From positions 1-64,000 of IMG/VR virus record IMGVR_UViG_3300009506_000001: a stretch of 64,000 nt of DNA. One strand, given 5' to 3'. This DNA comes from a virus. This document shows, in pieces, positions 16,393 through 27,700 of this stretch. The position numbers were made by a program, and so were the translations under genes. The notes under the pieces are model-generated. The model saw only the letters and a program-made list of their open reading frames with translations, was not told the DNA's origin and ran no database searches. Positions within the stretch are counted from its first letter, which is position 1. Each line of letters starts with the position of its first letter.

Positions 16393-19086
16393 TTAGAATG
16401 CTGGAATGTAGATAATTCCCTGTGCCGTAGTAATACCAGCCACACTAAACACCGTAGCCTGCACCTTATAGTAGCGAGAAGGGAAGATCGACAAAAATTG
16501 CAAGTGTAGGTCTGTTAAAGCGGATGTGAAGTAATCCGATTCACTGTTAAGTGTTGTGTAGCTAATACCATCTTCACTCAACTGAATACCTCTATTGGTA
16601 TCACTATGCTCATTTGCATCTAATGGCCACCAAGTTGAGCCATCTGGTGAAGTAGCAACACAGCTGTACTCGATATATGTATAGTCTCCGACAACATTTA
16701 GATTCAAGCTGCTTGGGATTGCACCAATAGGTGAACCAATGTAAGGAGGGGAACCTGTTGATAATCCTATGAAGTTAGCTGAAACGGTTCCCACGGGAAC
16801 ATTAGGCCCAACGGCCCCACGCAACGTGATTGAAACATCATCAAAGCCTGTAATTGGCGAGGGAGGAGAACCAACCGATGGGGTATAAATACGAATAATG
16901 TCACCCCGCGAAACCCTCCAAAGTGGTTCAGGGGTATGTGTTGGAGATCCAGCTGGAACCCCCTCTGTTAGTGCAGTACCCAGACCCATATCAAATGCTG
17001 CCGGTGCGCGAGATATTGCAGACTGATAGAATCTGAACGTACCAATGCGTTGCTCCGTTGTACCATCATCAAGCGTGATAGCAAAATCACGATCAACTGT
17101 AGGTGGACGCGTTCGGCTCTGTGCCTGGTGTCCGTAACTATAGAGAATGAAGTCACGGGGAGCAACGTACTTGAACATAATAGAATCAGAACCAACTTCA
17201 GCAAAAGACTGAGCTGCAAAGTCGTAAGGTCGAGGTAGTTCAAAGGTTGGAACAGAAGCTGTTGGAATTGGCTGAGCCAACCAACGGCTACCAACCTTCG
17301 TTAGTACATCACCCTCTGCAGGTGCAGGTGAGCCTGTTAGATCTACATCACTTAGATCGGTTAAGCTAGCAGTCCAGTCGATTCTCAATTCATTAATAGG
17401 GCTTCCACCTTCGGTACCAGTGGTAGTAATATTACTACCACCAGCCACTTTAAGTGTATCCGTAGTACTGGCAGCAATAACAGAACCGGTGTCACCAATA
17501 ACAGTTTTGAACACATCCTGAATGTAGGCAGTATCGCCATCAAATCCTATCCAATTTGTTCCGTTATAGCGAAGAAGGTTGCCTGTACCCAGTGCTGGTG
17601 AGCCGCCACTGACATCAGTATCGATGAGGTCCGATAAAGAAATTGCAAGGATAGCCTTTACCTCTGCTACTGTTTTAGCAACAAACGTACTTGCACTACC
17701 AACAATAAACTGGTTAGTCGCTGCCGATAAGCCAGAGATTTCTGTTAGGTGAGCGTTATAAGGTTGAACACCAGAAGTTGCACCTGGTACTGCTGATCTC
17801 CATTTGCTATCCACACCGCTAAGATACAGAATATGGCCAACACTTGGGTTTAGAGAATCATATACATCTGTTAGGTTTTTAAGCACTGCACCAAACTCTA
17901 GCTTTGATTCAGCGGCATTTACCCGAGGAATTAGCAGAGCGGAAGAGCCATATGAGGTTGGTGTATCAGATAGTTCAAGGAACGTATCAATACCACCAAC
18001 AGCCAATACAAGTTCGGATGCACGTAGCAAAATGGTTGTTGAATCAATTGCTACAGCGATCGGTTTCTGGTTTGGGAGAGGAGCGTATCCATCATTCTCA
18101 ACAGAAACAAGAACACCTGGCTGGTTCTTGTCAACATAAATCTGTTCATTGACAGCTGTCCACGTCCATGCAGAGTTATTGACAACCCCATCCATTGTAA
18201 CCTTAACAAGATCCCCCGAAGAGTTAGCAGCCTCCTCGATGATACCAAAGATGACATTTTCTTGTCCAGAAATTGTATCTGTTGCTTGTAAAGGCATTAA
18301 CTGATATAGATCAGAATAGTAAACAGCCTGGTAAGCAGCAATTGGCTGCTGAGCGATACCATCAACAACAAATGATTCTAGTCTTGTGCGAGAGGAAGTA
18401 GGAAGACCGGTAGCAAAAATATCTTCGGTTGTGAAGAATGTTGTATTGTTGTTTGAAGTTGTACGCTTCTGTGGGTTTCCATTGACATCAAAGATCAAAG
18501 CACCGGCACGATAGCTACCATTCAGTCCAACCGTTGTACCTTTGTAGTTTGGTGCTTGGTCGGACATACTTGTGAAGCCCTGACCAAAAGTGTACTGAGC
18601 GACAAAGCAACGAACCTTCTCGACCCAAACCTGAGTCGTTGAGTTCCAGACCTTCATTATAACGTTGGATGTGTCAAACCAGTGCTGATCATTATAGCGT
18701 GTTGCATTTGTGGCTGGGGCGGATGCACCAGCAGTTGGACGATATTTTGACCAACCATAAGAAACAAGACCCGTTGAGCGGTCTATGTCGATCCATAGGA
18801 AAAACGAGTTGTTGCCCTGTTCGCTGCCACCACCACTTGTGAACGGAGCATTGTTGTTTAATGCTGACCCATATCCCCACGCATCAATCAGCCCGTCTTC
18901 ACGGATGGTGAGCAAGTAGTTTGTATCACGGTGAGCGTAGGCTAGTTCGATCCAACGCCCCGAAGATGGTGCATTTAGCTGTACCTTTGTGTTTGAAACA
19001 GCCGGAACAAGAAAGGTTTGATCGCCCGCATCTGTTCCAGTTGCAGTAGCATACAGATTAAGACCCTGAGTAAACGTGAGATTCAT
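16393..19086 (-). CDS. Large tail-fibre/virion structural protein
   Basis: S/T/G-rich; LxDLxDV...W fibre repeats; late promoter AATAAATA at 19117-24; 7 GSP. Confidence 0.8.
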   Translation of the reverse strand: MNLTFTQGLNLYATATGTDAGDQTFLVPAVSNTKVQLNAPSSGRWIELAYAHRDTNYLLTIREDGLIDAWGYGSALNNNAPFTSGGGSEQGNNSFFLWIDIDRSTGLVSYGWSKYRPTAGASAPATNATRYNDQHWFDTSNVIMKVWNSTTQVWVEKVRCFVAQYTFGQGFTSMSDQAPNYKGTTVGLNGSYRAGALIFDVNGNPQKRTTSNNNTTFFTTEDIFATGLPTSSRTRLESFVVDGIAQQPIAAYQAVYYSDLYQLMPLQATDTISGQENVIFGIIEEAANSSGDLVKVTMDGVVNNSAWTWTAVNEQIYVDKNQPGVLVSVENDGYAPLPNQKPIAVAIDSTTILLRASELVLAVGGIDTFLELSDTPTSYGSSALLIPRVNAAESKLEFGAVLKNLTDVYDSLNPSVGHILYLSGVDSKWRSAVPGATSGVQPYNAHLTEISGLSAATNQFIVGSASTFVAKTVAEVKAILAISLSDLIDTDVSGGSPALGTGNLLRYNGTNWIGFDGDTAYIQDVFKTVIGDTGSVIAASTTDTLKVAGGSNITTTGTEGGSPINELRIDWTASLTDLSDVDLTGSPAPAEGDVLTKVGSRWLAQPIPTASVPTFELPRPYDFAAQSFAEVGSDSIMFKYVAPRDFILYSYGHQAQSRTRPPTVDRDFAITLDDGTTEQRIGTFRFYQSAISRAPAAFDMGLGTALTEGVPAGSPTHTPEPLWRVSRGDIIRIYTPSVGSPPSPITGFDDVSITLRGAVGPNVPVGTVSANFIGLSTGSPPYIGSPIGAIPSSLNLNVVGDYTYIEYSCVATSPDGSTWWPLDANEHSDTNRGIQLSEDGISYTTLNSESDYFTSALTDLHLQFLSIFPSRYYKVQATVFSVAGITTAQGIIYIPAF

Positions 19087-19147
19087 TATTTTTCCTCTAA
19101 TTCTATGTGTGTCACGTATTTATTTTAAGGGACACCTAATTGGGCTG

Positions 19148-20473
19148 TTATACAAACGTCGGATTGGCGATTTTTACCGAACCAACTAGCGTCTCCGAAA
19201 ATGTTGGATTGGTTTTGTCAAGCCGACGAACATTTTCAAGCCATACTCTTCCACCATTATCTGTAACTTGTATATCGACATTGTATGTAGGAGGTGAACC
19301 CGCCACTGCAGTATGATCAACAATTCCACCACGTAGTGTTACTTCACAGGTAACTGGTAACAATGGGCTTCCACCCGGATTGCCACTAACTTTGACTGCC
19401 ACACCAGCAGCATTTGAAACTTCATCAACGATGTGAATTCCATCGACAAAAAGTTGAAAAATATTGGTGGTATCACCACGCCCGGCAACCTGAAACAATG
19501 CCATTGGTCCAGATGATTCATCAACCTGTCCTGGCTGTCGATGCATAGTTAAATCACGAATTATTTTCTCGTGAGACGTACTATCCATGTTATTGCCATT
19601 ACTAACGGTAAAGAGTTCCCACCAACGGTATCCCGTCACAGTCATCCCTTTAATATCAATATAATCAGCACCAAGTAGGACTCCGTGATCGCCAACATCA
19701 TAAAAATTGAGATTTTTGCCGATAAATGCAGCACAGGGTAATTTTCCAGCCCATACTGTGCTATCTGCCAAATGCCAGTACTGGTCTTCTAGTGTTATTC
19801 GTGCCATCCCTTCACCGTAGTTAGTAAAGACACTTAGATCCCCTGGTGTTAACCAAGGACCATCATAACAACTTATTTGGTATGCAGAAAGAAATCCATA
19901 GTAAGGAGCACCTATTCCAGTAAATGCTGTTGGCGATGTCATTAGTAATGGAGAAGCTTCACCGTGACCTACAAATGTTACATTTGCCCCTGCTAGAATG
20001 TTTGTATTATCCCAGTCGGCGGTATGCTCCTGCCCTGGTAGGAGTTCAAACACATACCGCCGTGGACGCCAAATTTGAAGTGGTAGTGCTGAACCTGTGC
20101 GTGATTGTATGGCGGTGCCAAGTATCACGTTTGTGTTAGTGCTTGGTGAAAATGCTGAACTGAGAATCGGATAATAATGAACCGTTGGGCCAGTACCGGC
20201 TGGTACTTGATCGTTTGGGACGCGCAGCATGTCACCAGTTCTTACACCAGCTGTGTATGGGTTGGAGCTACATGTAACAATATTTGAACCAGCTGTAACC
20301 GTAAAAGTTAATCCGGTGATAATTTGATCCATTGGTGTTTGTTTAGATAGCCACGTTAGTGCACTGGATAGCGTTGGAAAATGTCCACCTTCACCTATTG
20401 TCTTGTAGACAGCTGATGGGTTACCACGTATGCCGAGTATAGCATGTGCTCTTGTGTATTCTTCCATATTCAT
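19148..20473 (-). CDS. Putative tailspike / beta-helix virion protein
   Basis: KTIGEGGHFPTLSSAL N-terminal motif typical of spike/beta-helix proteins; beta-rich. Confidence 0.65.
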   Translation of the reverse strand: MNMEEYTRAHAILGIRGNPSAVYKTIGEGGHFPTLSSALTWLSKQTPMDQIITGLTFTVTAGSNIVTCSSNPYTAGVRTGDMLRVPNDQVPAGTGPTVHYYPILSSAFSPSTNTNVILGTAIQSRTGSALPLQIWRPRRYVFELLPGQEHTADWDNTNILAGANVTFVGHGEASPLLMTSPTAFTGIGAPYYGFLSAYQISCYDGPWLTPGDLSVFTNYGEGMARITLEDQYWHLADSTVWAGKLPCAAFIGKNLNFYDVGDHGVLLGADYIDIKGMTVTGYRWWELFTVSNGNNMDSTSHEKIIRDLTMHRQPGQVDESSGPMALFQVAGRGDTTNIFQLFVDGIHIVDEVSNAAGVAVKVSGNPGGSPLLPVTCEVTLRGGIVDHTAVAGSPPTYNVDIQVTDNGGRVWLENVRRLDKTNPTFSETLVGSVKIANPTFV

Positions 20474-20494
20474 AACATTTTTATACCTGTTGTG

Positions 20495-22324
20495 TTATTG
20501 TTTTATCCAGCCCGATGTAGCTATTAATGTACCACCTGGGTTATAGGTATGTGTATTTACCCACGCATTGGTACCATCTGTTACGGTTACAGTTCTAACA
20601 TTCGAAGGATACAAATATGTTATTGGACTACCTACAGAAACTGCTGGGCTGCCCACTCCAATTGGATTGGTTCCGTAAGCAAAGGTCATTACCCAACTAG
20701 TGACCCCGTCCGTTTTTGAGACTGTGTTTAATGATCCATCAGCGTTGTAGCTGTATGTTTCTGGATACTGATCGGGGAAAACCAAATTATCATGGTCATC
20801 ATATGTGCCTGGGATAGTAAAACTATCAACGGATCGCCAACTTGTTCCATCGGATATAGCAGCAGTGCCATCTATGGGACTGCCATCTTTCCCATCACTG
20901 ATGTATATAATTTGCCCTGCTGTGCCGGCACTTGGAAGCGTTGCAACATTATATGTTGGAAGGGTGAGTGGACCTGTTGGAACACGCGTTCCGTTGGTTA
21001 GCAAATATTGTTTATGGTCATCGTCGGCCAAACCAGAAAGATTGCCATGGTCTGTCGCCGAACTGCCAATTGTAGCTGAGAAAACTTGTGTATTTCTCCA
21101 ATCAACGTAGCTACTGCCCTGGTCCGTTAATCTGAAGCGTACTTGTGGAGTATTTGTATATAGTGTTCTTGCTTGGCAGATAAATGTTGCTATGGGTGTG
21201 AATTCCTGGAACGGTAGCCCTGATAGTGAGTTTAACTCTGAATTGGCTCCTGCCTGTGCAGCTGGAGCCGTAGCATATTCAGCGATACCCTGTAGTGCAA
21301 TTATAGGGTGTCTCATGTCGTTTGTTGCAAGTATGTGGAAAAGAAAGAAACTATTATCCGACACTTCTGTCAATGCCCACCCTCCCGGTGAGCCAGCAAC
21401 AAAAGAATTATATGGTGGAAGACCATTTACAGCACCAGTAAAATTAACACCATCGCTATAGATGAATGGAAAGTTAGTTGGCGTTGATTTGTACCATACG
21501 GCCTTTGTTCCCATTCTGTAAAATACAGGGAGCTGAGCAATTGGTGTCAAATCCTGCAAAAGATCATAACTATTGACACCACTCCCAATATCGTAAATGT
21601 GATGTGGAATATCCTCGTCACGAATGAACCCATTGCCAATATCAATCTGAACATCCGCATCTATTGGAGTACCAGGATCGGCGGTAAATGTTCCACCGGG
21701 GGCCAGACCAGAAATGAACTGTGTACCAAATGAAAGGTGGAAATGGGCGTGCGTGACACCATCCATAACCATACCATGACGTTCATCACCAAAATATATT
21801 GCCTGCTGTAGATCTGCATTCCAATAGAGAACTGCGACGTATACATTGTCGACGAACAGTAGCGTTGCATCAAAAATAGTGGTGTACTGAATTGTATTGT
21901 TTACGTCAATGTAAAGAAAGTACTCCCCTGTTATATTTGGAATTGTCAGCGAAATGGGAGTGTAACTTTCATATCGGATACCGTGAATATAGTAGTCGAA
22001 GTATGGAGGGGACCCTGATATAGAACCCGCTCTTGGTGCAATTGTAAATGTTCGTGTTGCAGGGCTACCATCGTCAAAGGCCATGTATGATTGATCTCGA
22101 TTAAGATATCCTGTGTATGCCTCCCCATCTCGCCAAACATTAAAAATTGGAACATTCATAAAATCACGAACATTATTGGCTCTGTGCCGTTTCGTGGATG
22201 TTCCATCACAGATGGCAATTGCAGAGTTGAGATCAATCGTTGCAGGGCTCCCAGCAGCCTCTGGCAAGTGGCATACGTCAGCATAGCTCGCTGGTGTTGA
22301 TTTTGTGAGGACTAAATTCGCCAT
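20495..22324 (-). CDS. Tail-fibre/virion structural protein
   Basis: Likely start MANLVLTK at 22324; DHGNLSGLADDDHKQY fibre motif; LPTYNVATLP...SDG module; 7 GSP. Confidence 0.8.
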   Translation of the reverse strand: MANLVLTKSTPASYADVCHLPEAAGSPATIDLNSAIAICDGTSTKRHRANNVRDFMNVPIFNVWRDGEAYTGYLNRDQSYMAFDDGSPATRTFTIAPRAGSISGSPPYFDYYIHGIRYESYTPISLTIPNITGEYFLYIDVNNTIQYTTIFDATLLFVDNVYVAVLYWNADLQQAIYFGDERHGMVMDGVTHAHFHLSFGTQFISGLAPGGTFTADPGTPIDADVQIDIGNGFIRDEDIPHHIYDIGSGVNSYDLLQDLTPIAQLPVFYRMGTKAVWYKSTPTNFPFIYSDGVNFTGAVNGLPPYNSFVAGSPGGWALTEVSDNSFFLFHILATNDMRHPIIALQGIAEYATAPAAQAGANSELNSLSGLPFQEFTPIATFICQARTLYTNTPQVRFRLTDQGSSYVDWRNTQVFSATIGSSATDHGNLSGLADDDHKQYLLTNGTRVPTGPLTLPTYNVATLPSAGTAGQIIYISDGKDGSPIDGTAAISDGTSWRSVDSFTIPGTYDDHDNLVFPDQYPETYSYNADGSLNTVSKTDGVTSWVMTFAYGTNPIGVGSPAVSVGSPITYLYPSNVRTVTVTDGTNAWVNTHTYNPGGTLIATSGWIKQ

Positions 22325-22373
22325 TGATTTTGTACCTTTTAGGGTTATATTACTCCATAATGTTCCGTTAAAG

Positions 22374-22390
22374 TATTTATCAAATAAATA
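22374..22390. promoter_or_regulatory. Divergent late promoters
   Basis: GATAAATA on minus and AATAAATA on plus between divergent structural genes. Confidence 0.6.
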
Positions 22391-22417
22391 AACATGCACA
22401 TTTAATAAGGAGAAATC

Positions 22418-23083
22418 ATGGCCGAGATCATCATTGCCTCGTATTTTGAGGACGGAACAGGCCCCGCTACGGGTCTTAGCCCAACAGTTCGCATCTGGGA
22501 AGTCACAGCCTCCGGACAGAGTTTGGTTGTTGGTGCTCCTTGTGGTTCCGGACAAGCAACCGATGGCGTAATGACGGAAATGTCTGATTGTGGTTCTCCA
22601 CTAGCAAAAGATGGTTTCTATCGGTTTACCTTCACGGATCTGATTGGATATGACCCAACCAAAGTTTACGCTATTCGTATAGACGGTGGGGCTTCGTTGG
22701 GTATTCCATTTAGATACCAGACAAATAGCATCTCCCCATCAGACGCACTGGACGCAGCTGCTGTTGAAGGTGCTGTATGGGACGCCCCAATAGCCGCACA
22801 CACAACCGCTGCTACAATGGGTTACTTGGAAAACCTTATTGATCTTATCCGCAAATACAGCACAAACCGAACAAAAATCGACGTCAATAATAAGACGCTC
22901 ACCATCTACGACGACGATTGTGCCACTGTGCTTCGTGTCTTCCGTCTACTCGATCACACTGGAACTCCAAGCATTACAGAGGTATGTGAACGAACATCCA
23001 TTGGTGGTACGCTAAGCGGATCTTCACCAACAGGCTCGGTTGGCCCAGATGGTCAGCCAACCTGTTCAACCGCTGCACCGTAA
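22418..23083 (+). CDS. Putative virion structural protein
   Basis: SD AAGGAG; VWDAPIAAH and NRTKID...LTIYDDD motifs; Cys-containing. Confidence 0.75.
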   Translation: MAEIIIASYFEDGTGPATGLSPTVRIWEVTASGQSLVVGAPCGSGQATDGVMTEMSDCGSPLAKDGFYRFTFTDLIGYDPTKVYAIRIDGGASLGIPFRYQTNSISPSDALDAAAVEGAVWDAPIAAHTTAATMGYLENLIDLIRKYSTNRTKIDVNNKTLTIYDDDCATVLRVFRLLDHTGTPSITEVCERTSIGGTLSGSSPTGSVGPDGQPTCSTAAP

Positions 23084-23086
23084 TCT

Positions 23087-23539
23087 ATGGCTGTTGACGT
23101 AGGAATCACTGGTGGCATTATTACAGGTGGAATGGGACGCCCTGCCTGCCGTAGTATCATTACAATGTCGATTTTTTCTTTGTATGCAGATGTTTCATCT
23201 GTTACAGGTGGTGGCATACCACTAGCACCAGGCCAAATCAAGGACTTTTTCCAGCCTGTTGATACAACTAACATTACTCAGAACCCCGTTGAAGGTGATT
23301 TTGTCAACCCTGCAGTTTACGGTAAGAAGTTGGTCCGTGTTGGTATCAAGTTCAACGAACACACAATGGAAAAGGAGTATCTTATTTCCGAACAACGTGC
23401 TAAGCACGTCATTAGTGTGATTAATCTGGTCAATGGAGCAAAAACACGTTTGAATGCAGTTACAAGTAACATTCGCACAGTCACGACACGTTTGAATGTT
23501 GTTGCGAAGAATTTGCGTACAAAATACTTTGGGAAATAA
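23087..23539 (+). CDS. Hypothetical protein
   Basis: Starts 3 nt after the upstream stop. Confidence 0.65.
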   Translation: MAVDVGITGGIITGGMGRPACRSIITMSIFSLYADVSSVTGGGIPLAPGQIKDFFQPVDTTNITQNPVEGDFVNPAVYGKKLVRVGIKFNEHTMEKEYLISEQRAKHVISVINLVNGAKTRLNAVTSNIRTVTTRLNVVAKNLRTKYFGK

Positions 23540-23564
23540 ATACATAGTATAATTGGGGCCAACT

Positions 23565-24179
23565 ATGAGTACAAATATTCTAACAATAACAAACACCAAA
23601 AAGAACGACATAGAGTTTGATCTTGAGATTGAGGGACTAAAGGAAAGTCCTTCAGACGTTCGCTTTGTTATTGAAACATCTGACATGAATCTTGCCTTCA
23701 AGTGTACTCAGCAAAAGGGTAAGACCTGTTCGGTCAAGATCCCTCCACTTGCCCATCTTGAAAAAACCCTATACCCATTTCATATTGAAGTTGTTGTAGA
23801 CGGGTATTATTTTGTTCCTATGAAGGGTCAGATTAACATTGTCGGTTCTTTCGATGTATACACAACAGAGCCAAAAAACAAAACCATTGCTCCACCAAAG
23901 AAAGAAGAAAAGGAAGAGCCCAAGAAGGTTGTGAAGAAAGAGGTCAAAAAGGAAGAGCCCAAGAAACGGACAAAGGAATCAGTCTCAGTGGTTGCTGGTG
24001 ATCTCATCCGTGAAACTAGCAAAAGGGTTACAGAAACCAAGGTTGAACTTCCAGAGACCCCAAAGGCAGAGAAGGAGCCGTTTTTTAAGCCTGTTACATT
24101 TGTTGAAAAGAAAGACCCTGTTGTACCTAGTGAAAAAGATGTGCGTGTTCACGACATCCTTTCTGGTATCAAGAAGTAA
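23565..24179 (+). CDS. Hypothetical protein, beta-rich N-terminus and K/E-rich tail
   Basis: Late promoter AATAAATA at 23535-42; likely start MSTNIL. Confidence 0.7.
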   Translation: MSTNILTITNTKKNDIEFDLEIEGLKESPSDVRFVIETSDMNLAFKCTQQKGKTCSVKIPPLAHLEKTLYPFHIEVVVDGYYFVPMKGQINIVGSFDVYTTEPKNKTIAPPKKEEKEEPKKVVKKEVKKEEPKKRTKESVSVVAGDLIRETSKRVTETKVELPETPKAEKEPFFKPVTFVEKKDPVVPSEKDVRVHDILSGIKK

Positions 24180-24728
24180 TTATCCCCTAGCAACAATTCC
24201 CATTTTCTGCAGCTCGTCTACCAGAGCAAGCAGATGTTTACACATGCCTGGAACCTGCATTGGGTTCGCTGGTGGACGTGTTTCTGTTTTTCTGTGATAT
24301 TTTGGTGGTGCTTCACCATACAAAGCATTGTTTTTTGCATTTTGACGGGCAAAGCGATAATGAAAATCTAGACAGTTGCAACGCACCTGCACATCATTTC
24401 CAGCTAATGGAACTGGCTGAGTGATGTTATACTCATGATTATCAGAACCAGTGAAAGTTATGTTTGTGTTGGTTTCTTCATCTTCGTAAGCAACATCCGA
24501 GAAGAATATTTCTGGATTGTACCGTCTTCCCATGTTGTTGGCTTGTGACTCTGCTAAAAGAGCGCGAGATGGCACATAGGGTGTTAATTTCACAATTGGA
24601 ACCTGAACTGGACCAACGGCGTGCTGACGTGCTTTTGTGTTTGGAAATCCACGCTGTATGTTGGTTTCCAAATCACGAATTGACGCTTCGTCCATATTCT
24701 GAATTAAAGGGTATTTTGGTTCATCCAT
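24180..24728 (-). CDS. SWIM-type Zn-finger protein
   Basis: VRCNCLDF...MCKHL; likely start MDEPK. Confidence 0.75.
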   Translation of the reverse strand: MDEPKYPLIQNMDEASIRDLETNIQRGFPNTKARQHAVGPVQVPIVKLTPYVPSRALLAESQANNMGRRYNPEIFFSDVAYEDEETNTNITFTGSDNHEYNITQPVPLAGNDVQVRCNCLDFHYRFARQNAKNNALYGEAPPKYHRKTETRPPANPMQVPGMCKHLLALVDELQKMGIVARG

Positions 24729-24733
24729 AAGCA

Positions 24734-24745
24734 TATTTATAAATA
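24734..24745. promoter_or_regulatory. Palindromic bidirectional late promoter
   Basis: tatttataaata contains TATAAATA on both strands between divergent genes. Confidence 0.75.
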
Positions 24746-24775
24746 CAACAAAGTGTATTCATAGGAAATTTTACC

Positions 24776-27700
24776 ATGCGAGTATTTGAGTTCTACACAG
24801 CGAACACCCTTGAGATGATCATCGAAGCAAACGTCATGAACGTCAAGGACGAGTATCAGGGTACCAGCATCCACAATTTTCTGAACAATTATGTAGATAG
24901 CTTCCGTACCAAAGAAGCAAAGCAGATGTGGTTGAAGAAACTCGCTAAGTTGTTTATCAATGACAACCGATACCTCAACGTTGTTCGTGACCTCCCTGCT
25001 GATGCACCAGAGTGGGCTCAGAAAGCGGCTGCTACCGGAGATCTCTTCTATTTCCAGCCTACACCTGAACTTAAAGATCACATGGATCACCTTTCTCACT
25101 ACGTCGCCGGTCTTGAAGCCGACATGACAGGCAACAATCCTGATGCCAAGGCATATGCCAATCGTGAATTCCAGGGCTTCATGAAAGCTGAAAATCTTGA
25201 GACTCTCGTCAAGAAATCCAACGAATACTTCAAGCGCGGTTCCAAAAAGGCTGGTCGTGATATCGAAGGTATGACTAAGCTCATGGATGTTGATGGTGGG
25301 TTCTCGTGGTGGAAGCTTGACACACAGGCCGCATATGCTCGTGAAGGTAAAGCTCTACAGAACTGTATTGGCTCACACTGGACAAAAGCCAAAACAGATC
25401 AGGGTGGCTACTCAATTGTTGTTATGAAGAACCACAACATGGAGTCTGTTGTTGCAGCTCGCATTAGTAACAAAAGTAATGCTCTTGATGAAATGAAAGG
25501 TAAGAATAATAAGCCACCTATTCCAAAATATATGCCTGGTGTCCAGGCACTGATGAACAAATTTAAGCTTGATGCTAATCGTGGTGCTCTATATGATATC
25601 AAGCGAGCTGGTTACTACTACCAAGACCAAAAGCTGTACACAAAGGCACAGGCCGCTCGTGATCTTGTCCAGGCAAACCCAATTACAAAGATTAGCAATC
25701 GCCTGACAATGAATGAGATCACCAGCTCCAACCAGGAGCTATTAAAAGATCTTTATGGAACAAACTACAGCCAGTACCGCAATTACAGCCCAGAAGAAAT
25801 TGGTAAAGTATATGATGTTCGTACAAAAGATAACATCCCTCTTCTCTCTGCTGTTGTTGTGCAAGGTGAGCTTACTCACCTTCAGCGTTATATTCAGCCT
25901 ACCATCAACCAAGGGGCAATGCATGAAGCTGCTGAGCAGAGCATGAAAGACACAACTGCTCGTCAGTTCTTGTCGGCTCTAATGCGGATGGGTCTTGTTA
26001 AAACAGTTACACCTAAACTCCAGCGTGAAATTTTTTGGAATGACAAAATGGCGTACAATGCAGAGAAGGGTGACTTTGAAGAGACAAAGGCCGATGAAGA
26101 TGTTACAGTTGATAAGAAGCAGCACAGGTGGCAAGCGTACACGGGTAGCTCTGTTCGGGATCTTGCTAATTCCCTACGCCGTGAGCACGTATACACAAGT
26201 GATCAGGAGAAAGATAAAAAGGAAAGAGCCTTTCTTGATTCTGTAAATCGAATTTATGTTACAACAGCTGCTAAGGCAACAGGTGAGCAAGGCCGTGAGA
26301 CAGATAAGATTCTAGCTCTGGCCGTTAATCCAAAAGGTGAAACTGCCCCATATATCATTCGTGGTGCAGATGTGCATCGTGGCAAGACACTCTATGACCG
26401 TGATAACAATCTCGATGAGAAGACGCTGAATTCTATTATTGGTCTTGCCAATGCAAAGGACTTCAGCATACCTCGCACATTGCTTATCCGTCATGGTATT
26501 GGTAAAACAAAAGATGGACATTACTCCCGTGAAGTTCTAAGTGTTAAGCCAGAAAGTATGGCCGGTGACATTCCAGCCAAGAAATGGGACTTCACTAAGA
26601 TCCCCATTGAAGATCGTCTTGCTGCTGTTGTCCGTGCCATAACGGAAGACATCCGTTCAAACAAAGATCACTGGAACCCTGGTAAGACAGACGAGTTTGG
26701 TATTATGAAAGCTCTCCGTGAATTCACGACAGGGAGTACGTGGGGTGACTGGGAAGAAGCTGATTTCTATTGGGGAGACAAAGATACAAAGAAATGGCTT
26801 TCCGACCACTTTGCTGGTAAGATTCCTGATGGACTGATCAGTGTTGATATTGGTTATGGACATGACAAGAAACATGCCATCAACATGCTCACACATGGCA
26901 ACAAGATTATCCAGATCGATGATGATTCTAAGAACAACAACTGGCAGAAGTGGGATGATTTTGAAACTATCACTGAGCAGCTGAATAAATTTGCTAAGGC
27001 AAACCACTTGACCTTTGATCCGCAGTCTACCAACAAGTCGAAAGAGTTCAACGTTGACAAGCAAGGCCAAATCCGTCCCGAAGCTGCCCTCAAGAAGGAA
27101 CAGATTGAGCGACTACGATCTCAGGGTCGTTATGGCAAAGAAGGTGTTGATGAACTACCATTTGCAAATGGTGCCAAACTAAAGCGTATGGATCCGGAGC
27201 AACAGGGTAAGTGGCTGCGTCTTGGTATTGAGAAGAAAACAGCAGGTGAGGCATGGTACCTTGAAATGCCTGATGGTTCCACACCAGCCGCATTCTTTGT
27301 TAGTAAGGGCAAGGTTACACAGATGTACCATACCGCATCTCGAACTGAAACAGAGGCTCAGACCCAGCGTTTGGGAGCTCGTAGTAAAGTTGGTGTTACA
27401 CTTCCAACCGAACGTGGTCCTCGTAGAGCAGAACTGCCTTACATAAAGGCTGCAGCAGAAAAATTTGGTTGGCAGATGGGTCCACAAATGCAGTTTAGTG
27501 CTCGTAACCGTTTAACAAGTGTCCTACAAGATTATGATGCTCGTGGTACTCGCAATCGGTATTCTATCAAACCTACAACCGAACGCCCACTTGTTAATCT
27601 TGGACTGCTCAATGCTGAACGGCGCGGACGACATATGGTGACAATGTCCGTGTCCCATAAAGGTAAACAAGTGCTTCGACATATTGCTGCGGGAACGCCT

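Noticed and set aside
22325-22555. 77-aa N-terminal extension of ORF 20495..22555
   Set aside because: Overlaps the divergent promoter region and the well-supported plus-strand gene at 22418
23222-23701. 159-aa minus-strand ORF
   Set aside because: Antisense to two co-oriented plus-strand genes with better start signals
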